From the human T2T-CHM13v2.0 reference genome, Homo sapiens, in the NCBI RefSeq assembly GCF_009914755.1, contig NC_060937.1: a stretch of 64,000 nt of DNA. The stretch is one strand, 5' to 3'. The notes under the pieces are model-generated. The model saw only the letters and a list, made by a program, of their open reading frames with translations, searched no databases and had not been told where the DNA came from. The position numbers and the translations under genes are program-made. This document shows, one piece after another, positions 1 through 16,530 of this stretch (position 1 is its first letter; the number at the start of each line of letters is the position of its first letter).

Positions 1-110
1 GGGTCTCGCTCTGTCACCCATGCTTGTCTTTAATTCCTGGCCTCAAGCGATCCCCCCACCTGGCCTTCTCAAAGTGCTGGGATTACAAGTGTGAACAATT
101 GCACCCAGCC
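1..110 (-). mobile_element. Alu monomer fragment (FLAM/AluJ-like)
   Basis: Antisense Alu left-arm motifs: ggcctcaagcgatcc...aaagtgctgggattaca...cacccagcc. Confidence 0.9.
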
Positions 111-766
111 AGACATCGTTTAATGTTGAATTTGAAGTGATCTGTTTCCTTAATTGCTAGTTTTAAGCTACATTAAACAAACTGGGTAACTACTTGTGTG
201 AGCTCCTTGGGACAATCACTTCTCCAAAATCTACTTCTCCCCTTAGACCTTGGGATTTTCTTAACCATCCCAGAATAGGGATCTCTATCCTGCTGAGAGG
301 AGAAGCTACTTTTCACTTTCTAAAGCCTTGTGCACTCTCAAAGTAAAAAGAGAGAGGTGATAGAGAAAATCTTGAGGTGCTTGGGATCTCTGACAACTAT
401 GCCACCTCCTCGCTGGGAATCTGCAAACTGAGTGGAAAGTAAAAGGGAGAAGGGGTAGAGCTGTGGTGGCGGCTGCTATTCACCAGGGCCAGGGTCCCCT
501 GAGGGCTGGGCTCCAGCTTGGGCATGCAGTGGTGTACTCAGAGTATTTAACACCAGGTGTTTTCTACACACAAAATTACTTCCACTACTGGTCATGTAAT
601 AATCATTATTCTCTCAATTTAAAATGATACATTTTAATTTTAGAGATATTATTTAGTAAAATATTTCAGGTATAAACTAAAATTGCAATTGCCAAACCAA
701 AAAATCACACTTCATAGGTGGCACTCAGTTTCACTCTTTTACATTTTAAGCACACAAAAAGTTCCA

Positions 767-1064
767 GCTGGGTGAGGTGGCTCACACCCGTAATGCCAGC
801 ACTTTGGGAGGCTGAGGTGGGAGGATTGCTTGAGGCCAGGAATTCAAGGCCAGACTTGACAGCGTAGTGAGATCCTATCTCTACAATTTTTTTTTTTTCC
901 TAAAGCCAAGCATAATGGTACATACCTGTAGTCCCAGATACTGAGGAGGCTGAGGTGGGAGAATCACTTCAGCTCAGGAGGTCAAGGCTGCAGTGAGTTA
1001 TGATCATGTCATTGCACTCCAGCCGGGGTGACAGAGTGAAACTCTGTTTCAAAAAAAAAAAAAA
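767..1064 (+). mobile_element. AluJ-like SINE
   Basis: Full dimer with A tail; TSD-like aaaaagttcca / aaaaattcca. Confidence 0.95.
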
Positions 1065-1071
1065 TTCCAAC

Positions 1072-1518
1072 TGTGTTAGGGTTCTCTAGAGGGACAGAAC
1101 TAACAGAATAGATGTATGTATAAAGGAGAGTTTATTAAGGAATATTGACTCCCATGATTACAAGGTGAGGTCCCACAATAGGCAGTCTGCAAGCTAAGGA
1201 GCATGAAGCCAGTCCAAGTCCCACAGTTGAAGAACTTGGAGTCCGATGTTTGAGGGCAGGAAGCATCCAGCATGGGAGAAAGATATAGGCTAGGAGGCTA
1301 AGCCAGTCTAGTCCTTCCACGTTCTTTCGCCTGCTTTTATTCTGGCTGTACTGGCAGCTGATTAGGCTGTGCCCACCCAGACTGAGGGTGGGTCTGCCTT
1401 TCCCAGCCCATTGACTCAAATGTTAATCTCCTTTGGCAACACCCACACATACACACCCAGGATCAATACTTTGCATCCTTCAATCCAATCAGGTTGACAC
1501 TCAATATTAACCATCACA
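1072..1518 (-). mobile_element. MLT2A-type solo LTR (ERVL)
   Basis: tg...agggttctctagagggacagaactaa...ttcaatccaatcaggttgacactcaatattaaccatcaca; TG..CA termini; matches recalled MLT2A consensus. Confidence 0.88.
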
Positions 1519-1541
1519 CAAGTCATCACATAAAATGATAA

Positions 1542-1934
<393 letters not shown>

Positions 1935-3131
1935 TAATGGGCTGGAAGCAAACTTGAGTGATTCCAAAGTGTTACCAATTTATTCTGAAAACACCTTTCT
2001 GTGGATGAGTCCTGGTAAGCCAGAATCACTGAGGATTCTCCAGAGTAACTTCTGTAAGTGTAAGACGATGATTATGAGAGAATAAGTAATTCAAGTGTGT
2101 TAATTGGAAACTTACATATGTACTAGTAAAACTCACCAATAACTGCAGCAATTGTTTAGAACTTACACCACAAAAAGATTTCTCAGGAAGGTGCATTTTG
2201 TGTAGAATCGCTAGTACCATTGGTTTTACGATTTTTTTGTATGTGTGTCTACTTGTGATGCATCCCCTGTTGCCTACACGTGGCTCCCTCTCCCACTGTT
2301 CACTCTCTTCCTCAGGGAGTGGGAATCTGGACTTGGAAGATATGGACGTAGTGTTGGTGTATGACCTTGAGAAATTGACCAGTATTGTGGTTGCTGACTT
2401 CTTAGTAAAATGGAAATGATGACACTTCTCTGCTGACCTCACATAGCTGTCACAGAGATTCCAGAACTATGGGCCTGAAACATGATCTACATATGCTAAT
2501 CTGTACTCAGAGCCCAAGACATTGCAGTTTGCCACAGTAAGAGCCTCTCAGGCTCGTCTTGGGCATTCAGGGTGCACCTGCTGCTTCTGTCTTCCAGGAT
2601 GGCTCCTCTCTCTGTCTGCTTACTGAACACAGTGTGGGCATTTCCCCAGCTTCTGGCTTTGGCTCTGGGCTCCTCTCACTTCCCCCTTTTCTGCCTCTTT
2701 TCCTCCTTTCTTTCCCTGCTGAGCTTACCCACTTATTGCTCTTACTAATTAGCCCAGCAACAGCTCCCAAATCCACCCCTCCCATGAATGCCAGGCCAGC
2801 ATTTCCAACAGACTGCTGTCTTCTGTCAGTCAGATGAACAAATTCAAAAATGGAACCTTCTATCTCTTCCCCTTCCACTTCACAGCAGCATCCTCCCCTG
2901 AATGTCCCACTTTTGTAAACTGAAACCCTGTCTTTCAGGGACCCAAACCTGAAACATCAGAGTCTGTATCACACTCTCTTTTTATTAGTCCTTACACCCA
3001 AACAGAAATGAATGACAGTGGGCAGAGGGGACAGCTGTGGAGGAGCCATGGAGTCAGCTGCCTGGATTCAGATCCTGGCTATACCATGTCTGACCTTGAG
3101 AAAGTTTTTTTAACGTCTATGAATCCTAGAG

Positions 3132-3445
3132 TTTTTGTTTGTTTGTTTGTTTTAAATAGGCAGGGTCTCACTCTGTTGCCCAGGCCCAGGCTGGAGTGCA
3201 GTGATGTGATATTGGCTCACTGCAACCTTGGCCTCCCAGGCTCAAGTGATCTTCCCGCCTCAGCCTCCTGAGTAGCTGGGATTACAGGCGCATGCCACCA
3301 CGCTCAGCTAATTTTTGTATTTTTTTATTGAGATGGAATTTCACCGTGTTGTCCAGGATGGTCTTGAACTCTTGTGCTCAAGCAATCCGCCTGACTTAGC
3401 CTCCCAAAGTGCTGAAATTATAGGCGTGAACCACCGCACCCAGCC
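3132..3445 (-). mobile_element. AluJ-like SINE
   Basis: Antisense Alu with (TTTG)n-type tail. Confidence 0.93.
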
Positions 3446-3569
3446 TTAAAAGTGAGTGTTAACTAGTATTTTTCCATCTCCTACCTGAAAAACAGTCACT
3501 GAGATAATAATTTATTTTTTGTGTAATGTCCTTTCCCTTTAAGGGGTATTGAATAGTTTTTTAAATTAT

Positions 3570-4560
<991 letters not shown>

Positions 4561-4616
4561 AATTTCTGTTTTTAATACAATTTTTTTTAAATATGAGGAA
4601 TTAACTAGGTTTAGTC

Positions 4617-4747
4617 AGTGTTTCTCTAAACTTATTCTGAAAATCACTACTCAGAATCATCTGGAGGGGCAGGTGCTTATAAAAATGCAGACTCCTAACC
4701 CCACCTCAGACCAAGTAGGACCCCTGAGACTGGGGTCACAAAGTGTG

Positions 4748-4803
<56 letters not shown>

Positions 4804-5110
4804 ATACAGGGTCTCACTCTGTTGCCCAGGCTGGAGTGCAGTGGTGCCATGACTGCTCACTGTAGCCTCCAACTCCTGGGTGCAAACAATCCTCCTGCCT
4901 CAGCCTCCTGGGACTACAGGTGTATGCCACCATGCCCAGCTAATTTTTAAATTTTTTGTAGAGATTGGGTCTCACTGTGTTGCCCAGGCTGGTCTTGAAT
5001 CCCAGCTTCAAGCGATCCTCCTGCTTTGGCTTCCCAAAGTGCTGGGATTACAAGCATGAGCCACTGTGCACGGCCTGAAGTGTGGCTTTTAAACAAGCTC
5101 CTATAGGCAC
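4617..5110. mobile_element. MER5A-like hAT MITE split by an antisense AluJ (4752-5075) whose tail is a (TG)~24 microsatellite
   Basis: cagtgtttctc...agaatcatctgg...aaaatgcagactcct...ttaaacaagctcc; TSD-like aagtgtgattt / aagtgtggcttt. Confidence 0.8.
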
Positions 5111-5829
5111 TACCGCATTCACCCACAGGAAGGCCTCCTGCAGGTGGGGTTCTGGACATTATTAGCTGAGGGGAAGAGGGATAGGAAGGGGAGAGGAACT
5201 TCCTGGCCCCCTAAAGCTCCAGCACATAGGAGAACTCAAGCCACAGTCATCAGGATAATCTCATGTGTATTCAAAAGACACAGAAATTAAAGATTGCAAT
5301 CATCCATATTGTTTCATCAAGTCTTCAGTCTTTTCAGTCATGATCTACCAAAAAAATCAGATCGAGGTCTGGAAGCATGACATTTTTAGCTGAGGAAGTG
5401 CTCTTGATCAAAAACCAGATTTTGACTGGTGATACTCAAGTGAAATACCCTATTATCAGCTTCCTACAGATCTCACCAGAGCCATTCTCAGGCATTAGGG
5501 AAGCAATCTCCATGAGGGCCACTTCCCCGGCCACAGCGCCTACTGTGAGATGAGTCATGCCTTTTGTCTTGTGCCTGGAATTTGGGGATGTTTATGAAAA
5601 GTTGATGTAAATACTAGTCATAATTCCTCTCTTCACAGATTCTTTATTTCAGAAAGTGAGTATTTCATCACGTACAAACGTCATATCACTTCCAGCTCCA
5701 TTGCCACCTGGAAATGTTCTTTCTACTGTTTTACTAGGGATTATTTAAAGGCTGTTGGGAACCCTCCAGAGAACACAGTTTCTGATATGTCATCAGTAAT
5801 ATTGAAACACACATTCACGTCAACTGTAC

Positions 5830-6371
5830 TGTAGGGGAAAAGGGATATTTTTCCTTCCCATTATGGCTGAGGCCCTTACAAGAAAAAAAGACAGATCAAT
5901 AAGAGAAAAGCATCCAAGTATGTTTGATATAAGTTTTACATGATGCAGGAGACTTTATAAGGAAACGAAGACCCAAAGAAACTAGTAGACCTGTGTATTT
6001 TTTATGTTCATTTTGATGAAGAAGTAGATAGTCGTGGAGAAGTACAACTGAATAAAAAACAAGTATGGTCTGGTGGTAACGCAGTGCGAGGGGAACTCGG
6101 CAGAGTCTGTTCAGATTCCTCTCTGTGGTCCTGTGTCTTCAGAGATAAGGAAGTTCCTTTGCCTGGGTAGAGGGAGGGCACCTCTTGAATAACAGTCTTA
6201 GGTCTGCCTTCAGGGGAAGGCCTGAGACGCTTTTGCTGGTGCTATGGCCTGCTTCAGGGGAGAAGAGTGAGAGGAAGGTGAGAAGGACCTTCCTGTTGCT
6301 GTTGTCTCCAATGCCAAGGTGCCATGTTTTGGGGTAGTATGTTTTGGGGTTGTGTGTCTTGAACCCCATCA
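5830..6371 (-). mobile_element. MER39/MER34-family solo LTR (ERV1)
   Basis: Reverse complement starts tgatggggttcaag...accccaaaacatggcaccttggcatt and ends ...ttcccctaca. Confidence 0.75.
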
Positions 6372-6425
6372 TTAGCAATTTTATCTTTTGAGGGCCGAGT
6401 GGAGATTCTTGAGGTTAAGAAGTAA

Positions 6426-6745
<320 letters not shown>

Positions 6746-7199
6746 CAAAGTATCTTTTTAAATGCAGCCTCCTTGAGTTTGAGTACAACATCTATTTACT
6801 TACTTCATTTAAATTCTCAAAGCAGATGAGACATAATTAACACATACATCATGATGACATTTACCATAGCACAATAAAACTTAACTTTCAAATTAAGCCA
6901 CTCTGCTATTGAACATTAGCGTTTTAAGGTAAAGCATGATGGTTCATACCTTTTAAAAAAATAGAGAATGGGTCACATCAGCTTTCTCCCCTGGTGGCAT
7001 CTCTCGGCATTCTACTGAATCCTTCAGACACAGGCACGAGAGTAGCCCAGATGAATGTACTCAAGCAGGACATAGTCCAGACTTCCCAGCTAGTCTCAAA
7101 CAAAACAGCAGAATAAAAACCACAACATCCCATGGAATTTCTGTAAACAGACATAATGTTAAGCAAATGGCCATCTAACCTATGTGGTACTTGGCCAGT

Positions 7200-7750
7200 T
7201 GTTACAGGAAAGGGGTCCTGATCCAGACCCCAAGACAGGGTTCTTGCATCTCATGCAAGAAAGAATTCAGGGTGAGTCCATAGAGTAAAGTAAAGCAAGT
7301 TTATTAGGAAAGTAAAGGAATAAAAGAATGGCTACTCCATAGACAGAGCAGCCCTGAGGACTGCTGGTTGCCCATTCTTATGGTTATTTCTTGAGTATAT
7401 GCTAATCAAGGGGTGGATTATTCATGCCTCCCCTTTTCAGACCATATAGGGTAACTTCCTGACATTGCCATGGCATTTGTAAACCGTCATAGCGTTGGTG
7501 GGAGTATAGTAGTGAGGATGACCAGAGGTCACTCTCATGGCCATCTTGGTTTTGGTGGGTTTTAGCTGGCTTCTTTTTTGCAAACTGTTTTATCGGCAAG
7601 GTCTTTATGACTTGTATTTTGTGCTTACCTCCTATCTCTTCCTGTGACTTCGAATGCCTTCACCATCTGGGAATGCAGCCCAGTAGGTTTCAGCCTTTTT
7701 ACCCGGCTCCTATTCAAGATGGAGTTGCTCTGGTTCACATGCCTCTGACA
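7200..7750 (-). mobile_element. MER41A-type complete solo LTR (ERV1)
   Basis: tgttacaggaaaggggtcctgatccagacc...gcctctgaca; 4-bp TSD-like cagt/caat; lacks the tandem-GAS segment seen in the LTR at 29 kb. Confidence 0.92.
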
Positions 7751-7796
7751 CAATGGTGATGGAGAAAGGAAAGGGAGTTAGAAATAAAATGATCGT

Positions 7797-8038
7797 TTTT
7801 ATAGAGAAACCCAGTCCCTACAAACAGCATCCTGTTTTTGGGAAAAGCCCTGGGGGACAATGCCATAAACATTTCCCTCTCATTTTTCTTCCCATATTTC
7901 TGGTCCTGCCTGCTGCTTTATTTCACAAAAAGCATTAATTACATTTTGTCAGGAGTGAAAGGTCATTTTGTGCTGGTGGCCTGGCATGGAGAATATCAGG
8001 GACTGTGGAAATTCAGTGAGTCAAAGATGAAGGCAAAA
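7797..8038 (+). repeat. Copy 1 of a ~240-bp local direct repeat
   Basis: Aligns by eye, almost ungapped, to 9131-9372 at roughly 85% identity. Confidence 0.95.
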
Positions 8039-8360
8039 TTGATAGCCTGGGAAAAATAAGTGTACTGTTTATGGAAGTAAGCATTTGAAACTGATTTTTT
8101 TTAAAAAAATTGTACTTTTAGGAGCTATGGGGACATACTGAAATAGACTTACCCTTTTTAAGTACAGTTTCATTCATATAAACACATTGTTTTATAAAGG
8201 CTTGGAAGCAGATGAATTAATACTTGGGCATTTGGCGCTAATTTTACTGTTTAACAAGAGAGAGAAGGCAGGCTGGGAGGAGCCTGGATTCTCCTTTGTT
8301 CTGTTCATTAGAGGGCAGTAGCAATGACTTCTTTCACAGAGGATCTAAAACTCTGGAGAA

Positions 8361-8520
8361 CAGGGTCTCTCAGATTTTAATGTGGCTGCATATCACCTGG
8401 GGACATTGTCAAATGTAGGTTTTCATTTAGCAGGTCAGGATGGTGCCTCAGATTCTGCATTTCAAACAAGCACTGGGCATCGCTGCTATTGCTTGATGGA
8501 AGGACCACACTTTGCACTGT
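8361..8520. mobile_element. MER5-like hAT MITE
   Basis: gcatatcacctgggg...agattctgcatttcaaacaagc...ggaccacactttg. Confidence 0.8.
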
Positions 8521-8793
8521 GCTGTCTTGGTGTAGCATTACTGAACAAGTTGAATTTGCACCTCATTAAAATGACACTTGTGCTAAGAAGCAAACAGGTG
8601 CTTTGTATCCTCTTAGAGCTGCAGAGCAGAAAGCCCTGAAGGACAGGAAGACCAGGCCTTCTGGGCTGTTAACCTGCTTGGCTCTCTTATCAATTAACTG
8701 GAGTCCTTGTTTGGTTTGAGACTTAAAAGTGTGCTTTATACTTTCCAGTGAGGTTGCAGAGTGGAAACAAGGCTTGGTATGGATGGTTGATGA

Positions 8794-9372
<579 letters not shown>

Positions 9373-9725
9373 GCCATGAAGTCCCATGTAGAGAGATTGC
9401 TACCAAATCTCAAAATCTGCCAGCACTGAGCTTTCATCTTTGCATAAGATCATTTTCTTTATTACTGGATGTTCATAAAGAGTCACAGGGCTGTGGACAA
9501 AATAGTCTCAAGTATTTTCTCTTCCTAAAATTCAAATATACCACCCTCTCTGTGACCTCGAGACCCATAGGCATCTGGCAACTTCAGGATCCAGTTGCAA
9601 GTTCTTAAACTGGAAACAGCATGGCAGGTTTCTGTTGTCCTTGTCTCTGTAGTCATTGGCCACTCACTGCCAGTTCCATCTGGCCCTTTCCCCATGTGCA
9701 CATATACCTACTAAAACATTACCAA

Positions 9726-10415
<690 letters not shown>

Positions 10416-10615
10416 ACCTGTCATCATTCTTGAGTCCACTTTATGCAGGTCTTTAGTCTGAGGTGCACAAAGTTAAAAGGGGCCATTTTTGGTGACCCCA
10501 TGCTTCCATATTCTAACATCCAATTTCCTTTACTCAATGCTATTTACTCAATGTCATAGTCATTAGGGCCACACTTAAGTGAATAGTGCAGTCTTCCTTT
10601 ATCCTGGGCACATAC

Positions 10616-11150
10616 TGCTCTGGCTTGGATGTGGTTTATCCCCACCAAAACTCATCTTGAAATTTGATCCCCAACATGGTCGTGTTGGAGGTGGGGCCTA
10701 ATAAGATCTCTCTTGAATAGATTAATGCCCTACCAAAGGAGCGAATGAGTTTTCTCTCTCCACGGAATGAATTAGTTCCCACCAGAGTAGTGTTTGTTTG
10801 TTTGTTTGTTTGTTTGTTTTTTAATGAGACACTCTCACTGTGTTGCCCAGCCTGGTCTTTAATTCTTGGGCACAAGTGATCCTTCCACCTCAGCCTTCTG
10901 AGTAGCTGGGACTACAGGTGTACACCCTGTGAGAATGGGTTGTTCAAAAAAGTCTGGCTTCCTCGGTTTGTCTCTCTTGCTTCCTCTCTTGCCATGTGAT
11001 GTTTTTGCACATGCTTGCCCCCTTCCACTTTCTGCCATGAGCAGAAGCAGCCTGCGGGCCTCACCAGATGCAGCTGCACAGTCTTGAACCTTCCAGTCAC
11101 CAGAACTGTGAGCCAAATAAACCTCTTTTTAAAATAAATTACCCAGCCTC
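10616..11150 (+). mobile_element. MST-family MaLR LTR with an inserted antisense Alu monomer (10790-10928)
   Basis: aaactcatcttgaaatttgatcccc...ccctcaccagatgcag-like...cagaactgtgagccaaataaacctc...aattacccagcctca. Confidence 0.85.
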
Positions 11151-12383
11151 ATGAGCTTAGACATAAACTAAGTTTGCATTTTGTTGTCTTTTTAAAAAAT
11201 AAGCATATCATACCACTTGCTTTGGCCAATGAAATGTGCGTAGAAATTATATGAGACTTCCAGGAGGCAACATGAAGAGCCTGTGAACAATTCTGTTCTC
11301 ATTCTTCCAGCATCGTGGGAGCATTTACCTAAGGGGACCCTCTGTCGGCCCATCAGAGTCCTTGGATGGTTGCAATGAGAAGAGTGCTCCCATCACCCAT
11401 GAAACCTGTAATTCACACTGCATGTGGTCTGTGAGCCTTGAATAAGTGTTGTGTTAAGTCACTGAGGGGTGTGTGTGTGTGTGTGTTGGTGTTACAGCAG
11501 CCTAACCTATTTTATTCCAGCAAATCCACTGGCATCCAGCTGGTGGTGTAATCAACCATCTGTGAGTTTACTGCCAGGAAACTACCCACTGGCATAGTCT
11601 TTATTTTCTATTGTAGTGTGGGGAGTGTTTAGGAGGGGGTGAGTTTTTCCAGGTTAAGGAAACAATGATCATAACCACCATGAGACATCATTTCCTCATC
11701 TTCTCAAACAGCTGGCAGTTCAGTCAAGAGCTGGAATGAATTCTTGTGCATGGTAAGGACTCCATAAATATTTGTTTATTAAAAAAATTGACGTTAACTG
11801 TCCACAACGCATTACTGCTCATTCTTCCAACACCTCCCTCAAGGGCATGTAGATACTGGATAGAGACCTAGCCAATCTTCAATGAGAGCTGGTAAAAGAC
11901 TGCCAAGTATAGTTAAGCACAGAGTCAGATAACACCCTTCTGTAAAAGGAGGATAAACTCAAGAGCACAGGGGCTGTGTTTTGTTTGTTGGTTTGTTTTG
12001 TGGGAAGAATCAGGTACTTGACAATGTGGTGTTTTATTGTTTCTGTTCCACTCGGTCATTAATCTGGATCCCAGGCTGGTGCAGAAGCTCAGGCATTGTT
12101 TGGCTTTTTTCTTGTCAAGGCCCTGCCAGTTCTTCCAGTTCTTGACTTTCTGACCCGAATCCTCCCCCACATTTTCTACTCACCACATCTCACTTCTACT
12201 GCTATTACCAGGAGCTGGTAATGACAAATCTGGGCTTCACGTGGGCATTTTCTGCCATGCCTTTCTTCAGTCCTTCCTGAACTTGAAATTAATGTGAATA
12301 AAGAAAATACTCATTTACTCATTTTCCCTATTGTTTAACATTGTTGACTTATTTGCATAGAGTGCAATTCAGAAACGACACAC

Positions 12384-12627
12384 GGCTGGGTGCAGTTTGG
12401 GACCAGCCTGGGCAACATGGCAAAACCCTGTCTCTACAATCAATATAAAAATTATCTGGGCATGGTGGTGTGCAACTGTGGTCTTAGCTACTCAGGAAGC
12501 TGAGGTGGGAGGATGGCTTGAGCTAGGGAGGATGAAGCTGCAGTGAGCCAAGATAGATTGTGCCACTGCATTCCAGTCTAGGTGACATAGTGAGACTCCG
12601 CCTCCAAAAAAAAAAAAAAAAAAAAAA
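12384..12627 (+). mobile_element. AluJ-like SINE with an internal left-arm deletion
   Basis: ggctgggtgcag joins directly to tttgggaccagcc; TSD-like gaaacgacaca / gaaacgacata. Confidence 0.9.
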
Positions 12628-12699
12628 GAAAGGGGAAAAAGGAAGAAAGGAAACGACATAACGATATATGTAAGACTGAAACTTTCTTGCTGCATGAGA

Positions 12700-13200
12700 T
12701 ATGGTATTGTGAAATGATTCAGATTTTGGCTTCTGAGCTCAGATTGCCTAGGTCCAAATCCCACTCTGGCACATAGCTGGGTGATCTTGGACAGCTCCCT
12801 CAGCCTATTAGTTTCTTCATCTGTAAAATGGGATGCTGATCGTGTATCTTTCATTGGCTATTGCTGTGTGCATTAAATGAGTTAGTACCTGTAAAGTCCT
12901 TTGAAAGGTGCTTGGGACATTGCAAGTGTTAAAAGCATTGTACCCTGCATAGGCCAGAAAGAAGGCATCAGAGCAGAGCCGACGGTACAGGCCATGTTGT
13001 CTGACCACATCTGTGGCCTCAGGCAAGGAAATGTCCTCTCTATGCTTCTGTTTCCTCATTTGGCAATGGGGACAATATCAGTACTTCCTTCAGAGGAGTT
13101 TTGTGAGGCTAAAATGAAATTGCATGTGTAAAGCTCTTAGCAAATAGTGTTGGCACATACAAAATGCTCCGTTGATACCAGTTATTTTATTATTATGATT
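12700..13200 (+). mobile_element. Two MIR SINEs
   Basis: MIR core motifs agtttcttcatctgtaaaatggga and tgtttcctcatttggcaatgggg...aaagctcttagc. Confidence 0.8.
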
Positions 13201-14041
13201 TAAAAAATTCTCTGCATTTAAAGAAATCTGCCACCTCCTTTCCAAACACCCTATACTTTCCTCTTCTTTTGGAAGTATTCCTCTCATAGTTTGAAATATT
13301 TAATTCTTGATGTTGTCCAGTTTTTCTTTGAAGGGCTAGTTTCTTTGATCCAGGGAGATGCAGCATTTATGTTGGCTGTCAACAGGGCAACGCCCAGGAA
13401 TTATTATTTTTCTAATGACCTAACGTCATTTTCCAGAAATTCTCTAAAAAACAAACTTCTTCGGGGACAAAATAAATTTGAGACTTCCATTAGTTCTTGC
13501 AAACACTTTATAACCCATCTCTCAGATGCTAACATTTTCCTGCGCATTCTGACCGGGTGCCAGAAATCCTATGGCTCTGACATCTAAAATGAGGATTGTT
13601 TGGCTGTTCTCAGTACATTCTATTTGTTCTGAGGTATATTTTGTACTGAAAGTTTAAAGGAATTACCTTGTATCTTATATTTAGCCTACCGTAACTTGTT
13701 TTTCTCTTCTATATATTTATTCAGGTTTGTTTCCTACTTTATTTTACAGTTATCACAAGGACACTACAAAGTCTCTTTTGTGAAATCGCCAAATGTTTCA
13801 GAATTCAACAGACATTATTAACTGTTCTTTCACCCTCCAAGAAACTCTACATTCATCTCAGTTCCCTGTATTAAAAAAGTCTCTGAAAAAAAGTATGTGG
13901 ACATTTATTTATTATGAGGAAATCAGCATTTCTATTTATCTCTTAATTATTATAACATTTAATCATATTTGTTGGTTCAAGGTAAGTACTAATTGTGCTT
14001 CTCTCAAAGTATGAGCACTATATTTCTTCAGAAATAATGCT

Positions 14042-14531
<490 letters not shown>

Positions 14532-14553
<22 letters not shown>

Positions 14554-14871
14554 GAAAAAAGAAAGAAAAAAGAAAAAGAGAAAGGAAGGAAGGGAGGAAG
14601 GAAGGAAGGGAGGAAGGGAGGGAGGAAGGAAGGAAGGAAGGAAAAGAAAGAAAGAGAAAGAAAGAGAGAAAGAAAGAAAGAAGGAAAGAAGGAAAGAAAG
14701 AAAGAAAATATTGATGGCCAGAGAGAGAGAGAGACCCTATCTAAAAAAAGAAAGAAAAAAGAAAAAGGAAGAAAGAGAAAAAAAGGAAGAAAGAGAGAAA
14801 AAGAAAGGAAAGAAAGAGAAAGAAAGAAGGAAAGAGGAAGGAAAGAAGGAAAGGAAAGACGAAAGAAAGAA
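14532..14871 (+). repeat. Polypurine (GAAA/GGAA/GA) low-complexity tract
   Basis: About 340 bp of almost only A and G, grown from the Alu tail. Confidence 0.95.
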
Positions 14872-15182
14872 ATGCTGAATGTTACAGATATTGACACAGA
14901 CATTCCTACATTGGAATGCATATTCCCTCTGGGCTTTTACAGTTAGGGAAGTGCTGAGTCACTGCCTGGCGTACTCACATGCCTGTAGTTTATAAGCCAG
15001 CCACATGCTGGCAGAAACAGTGTAGAACCAGTGGGCCATGTGGACCTCTTGCCACCCACAAGCAAGGCGGGTGACAGGGCAGAGAGCTCCTTAGCAGTTA
15101 CTAGCAATGGCTCGCTTGGTTGAAATAATTTTTTGAAGCTTTTGACAAATAATATAAAGATTACTAAGAAAGCCTGGCGGTT

Positions 15183-15668
15183 TGCAGCAAAAATTATTTG
15201 CTTGGGCAAACTTTAGTCAGGCTCTGGAATCTTCTCCTAGGGCCTTCTATGCACTTCCTTGTAAAATCTAGTTTTAGCAAAGAACCCTGCTAAGTCAGTT
15301 AAGCAAGAATCCCCCACCTACAATAACTGATCACCTTCATGTCTGATTGGGTTCTTCTCCCTCCACCAGCCCCCAGGCGATGTCTGGTTTCCTGGCCTGT
15401 CTTCAACAAGAATCCTGTTGTTGGTTTAGCTAAAGTCTTTCTCAGTCCTGAAGTTCCCTCTTAGTGATTTTCCCTCCACCGACCCCCACCCTGCTCCTTG
15501 GCTATACATTCCTACTTGCTCATGCTGTATTCAGAGTTGAGCCCAATTTCTGTCTCCCACTGCAAAATCTAATTGCTTGGTGGTCCCTATACCTATAGCG
15601 ATGGTCCTGAAGAAAGTTGGCCACACCATGCTTTAACAAGTATCACTGGGTCATTTTTTTCTGTAACA
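15183..15668 (+). mobile_element. MER31-type solo LTR (ERV1)
   Basis: caaactttagtcaggctc...gcacttccttgtaaaatctagttttagcaaagaaccctgctaagtcag...tttctgtaaca. Confidence 0.85.
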
Positions 15669-15949
15669 GTGACTACATCACATGGCCTCTGACACTCGCC
15701 GGACTCCTTAGAAGGGAGCTCAGGAGAAAGGGGAAACACAGGGCAGCTGGGTTCACTGGGATTAGGAATAGAAGCAGCGTGCTGGGCATCTAAGGGCAAA
15801 GATGAAGCTGGGTATGTAATCTACCCAGGAGCCTCTGTGTAAAATATGAAAGAAGAAAGACATGCCAGGGAAAGGGTGGAGCCGGCTAAAGGCCATGGGA
15901 AGTTGGACATGATGGCGTGGGAGAAAGTAACTTTAAGAAGGATGCATTG

Positions 15950-16530
15950 AGATACAGCGGCAGCTAGCGTATTTTGATAAGCAGTCCGATATTTGGGAAG
16001 ATAGAGTGTACGTGTTCAGGAAGCCACAACTCTGCACGTCCATTCGAGATAGACTACCCGGTTCCTCAGGCCCACGGCTCCGAACTGCCCCCGTGGATGG
16101 TGCTTCGAGTACGCCTCCACCAGTGGGCAGTGTGGTCCACGAGGATCAGGCCATTCTAGCCAACGGGAGGTTCTTCCTGTGGAGCCCTGAGCAAAACGGG
16201 ACGGTTTGAGAAGGGTTTTATTTCTGGGTCTCTGTTCTGCGGTGTTCGGTGCCTTAACTGGATGCCCCCGCATCCCAGAGCCAGCCGGCCATCTTCTGCA
16301 GTGATGCTGTTCCCCGGGGGAACGGAGCCCAGCCCTGAAGCTCAGCCGCAGGAACAAACGCCCTGGCTCCTGCGTGCCATTTCTGCCCTCTGCTGCTGCA
16401 GTGGCCTGAGGTCTTCGGATGGCCGCCTGCACTCCGCCTCTTCTTCCTGCCGCCTCCTCTCCTCAGGCCCTTGCTTCAAAGTCCTCCTCCCCTTCCTTTG
16501 CGCTGATAACATCGAGCAGAGCCGGCTCCA
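15950..16530. promoter_or_regulatory. Orphan CpG-rich non-repeat element (marginal CpG island) with a CTCF-like motif at 16117-16130
   Basis: About 30 CpG in ~600 bp by hand count against a CpG-poor background; CCACCAGTGGGCAG; YY1-like CGGCCATCTT near 16286. Confidence 0.6.

Noticed and set aside
2290-2545. Possible exon (pyrimidine tract plus CAG near 2314, GTAAGA near 2537)
   Set aside because: In-frame stop, no partner exons or homology; such signals arise by chance.
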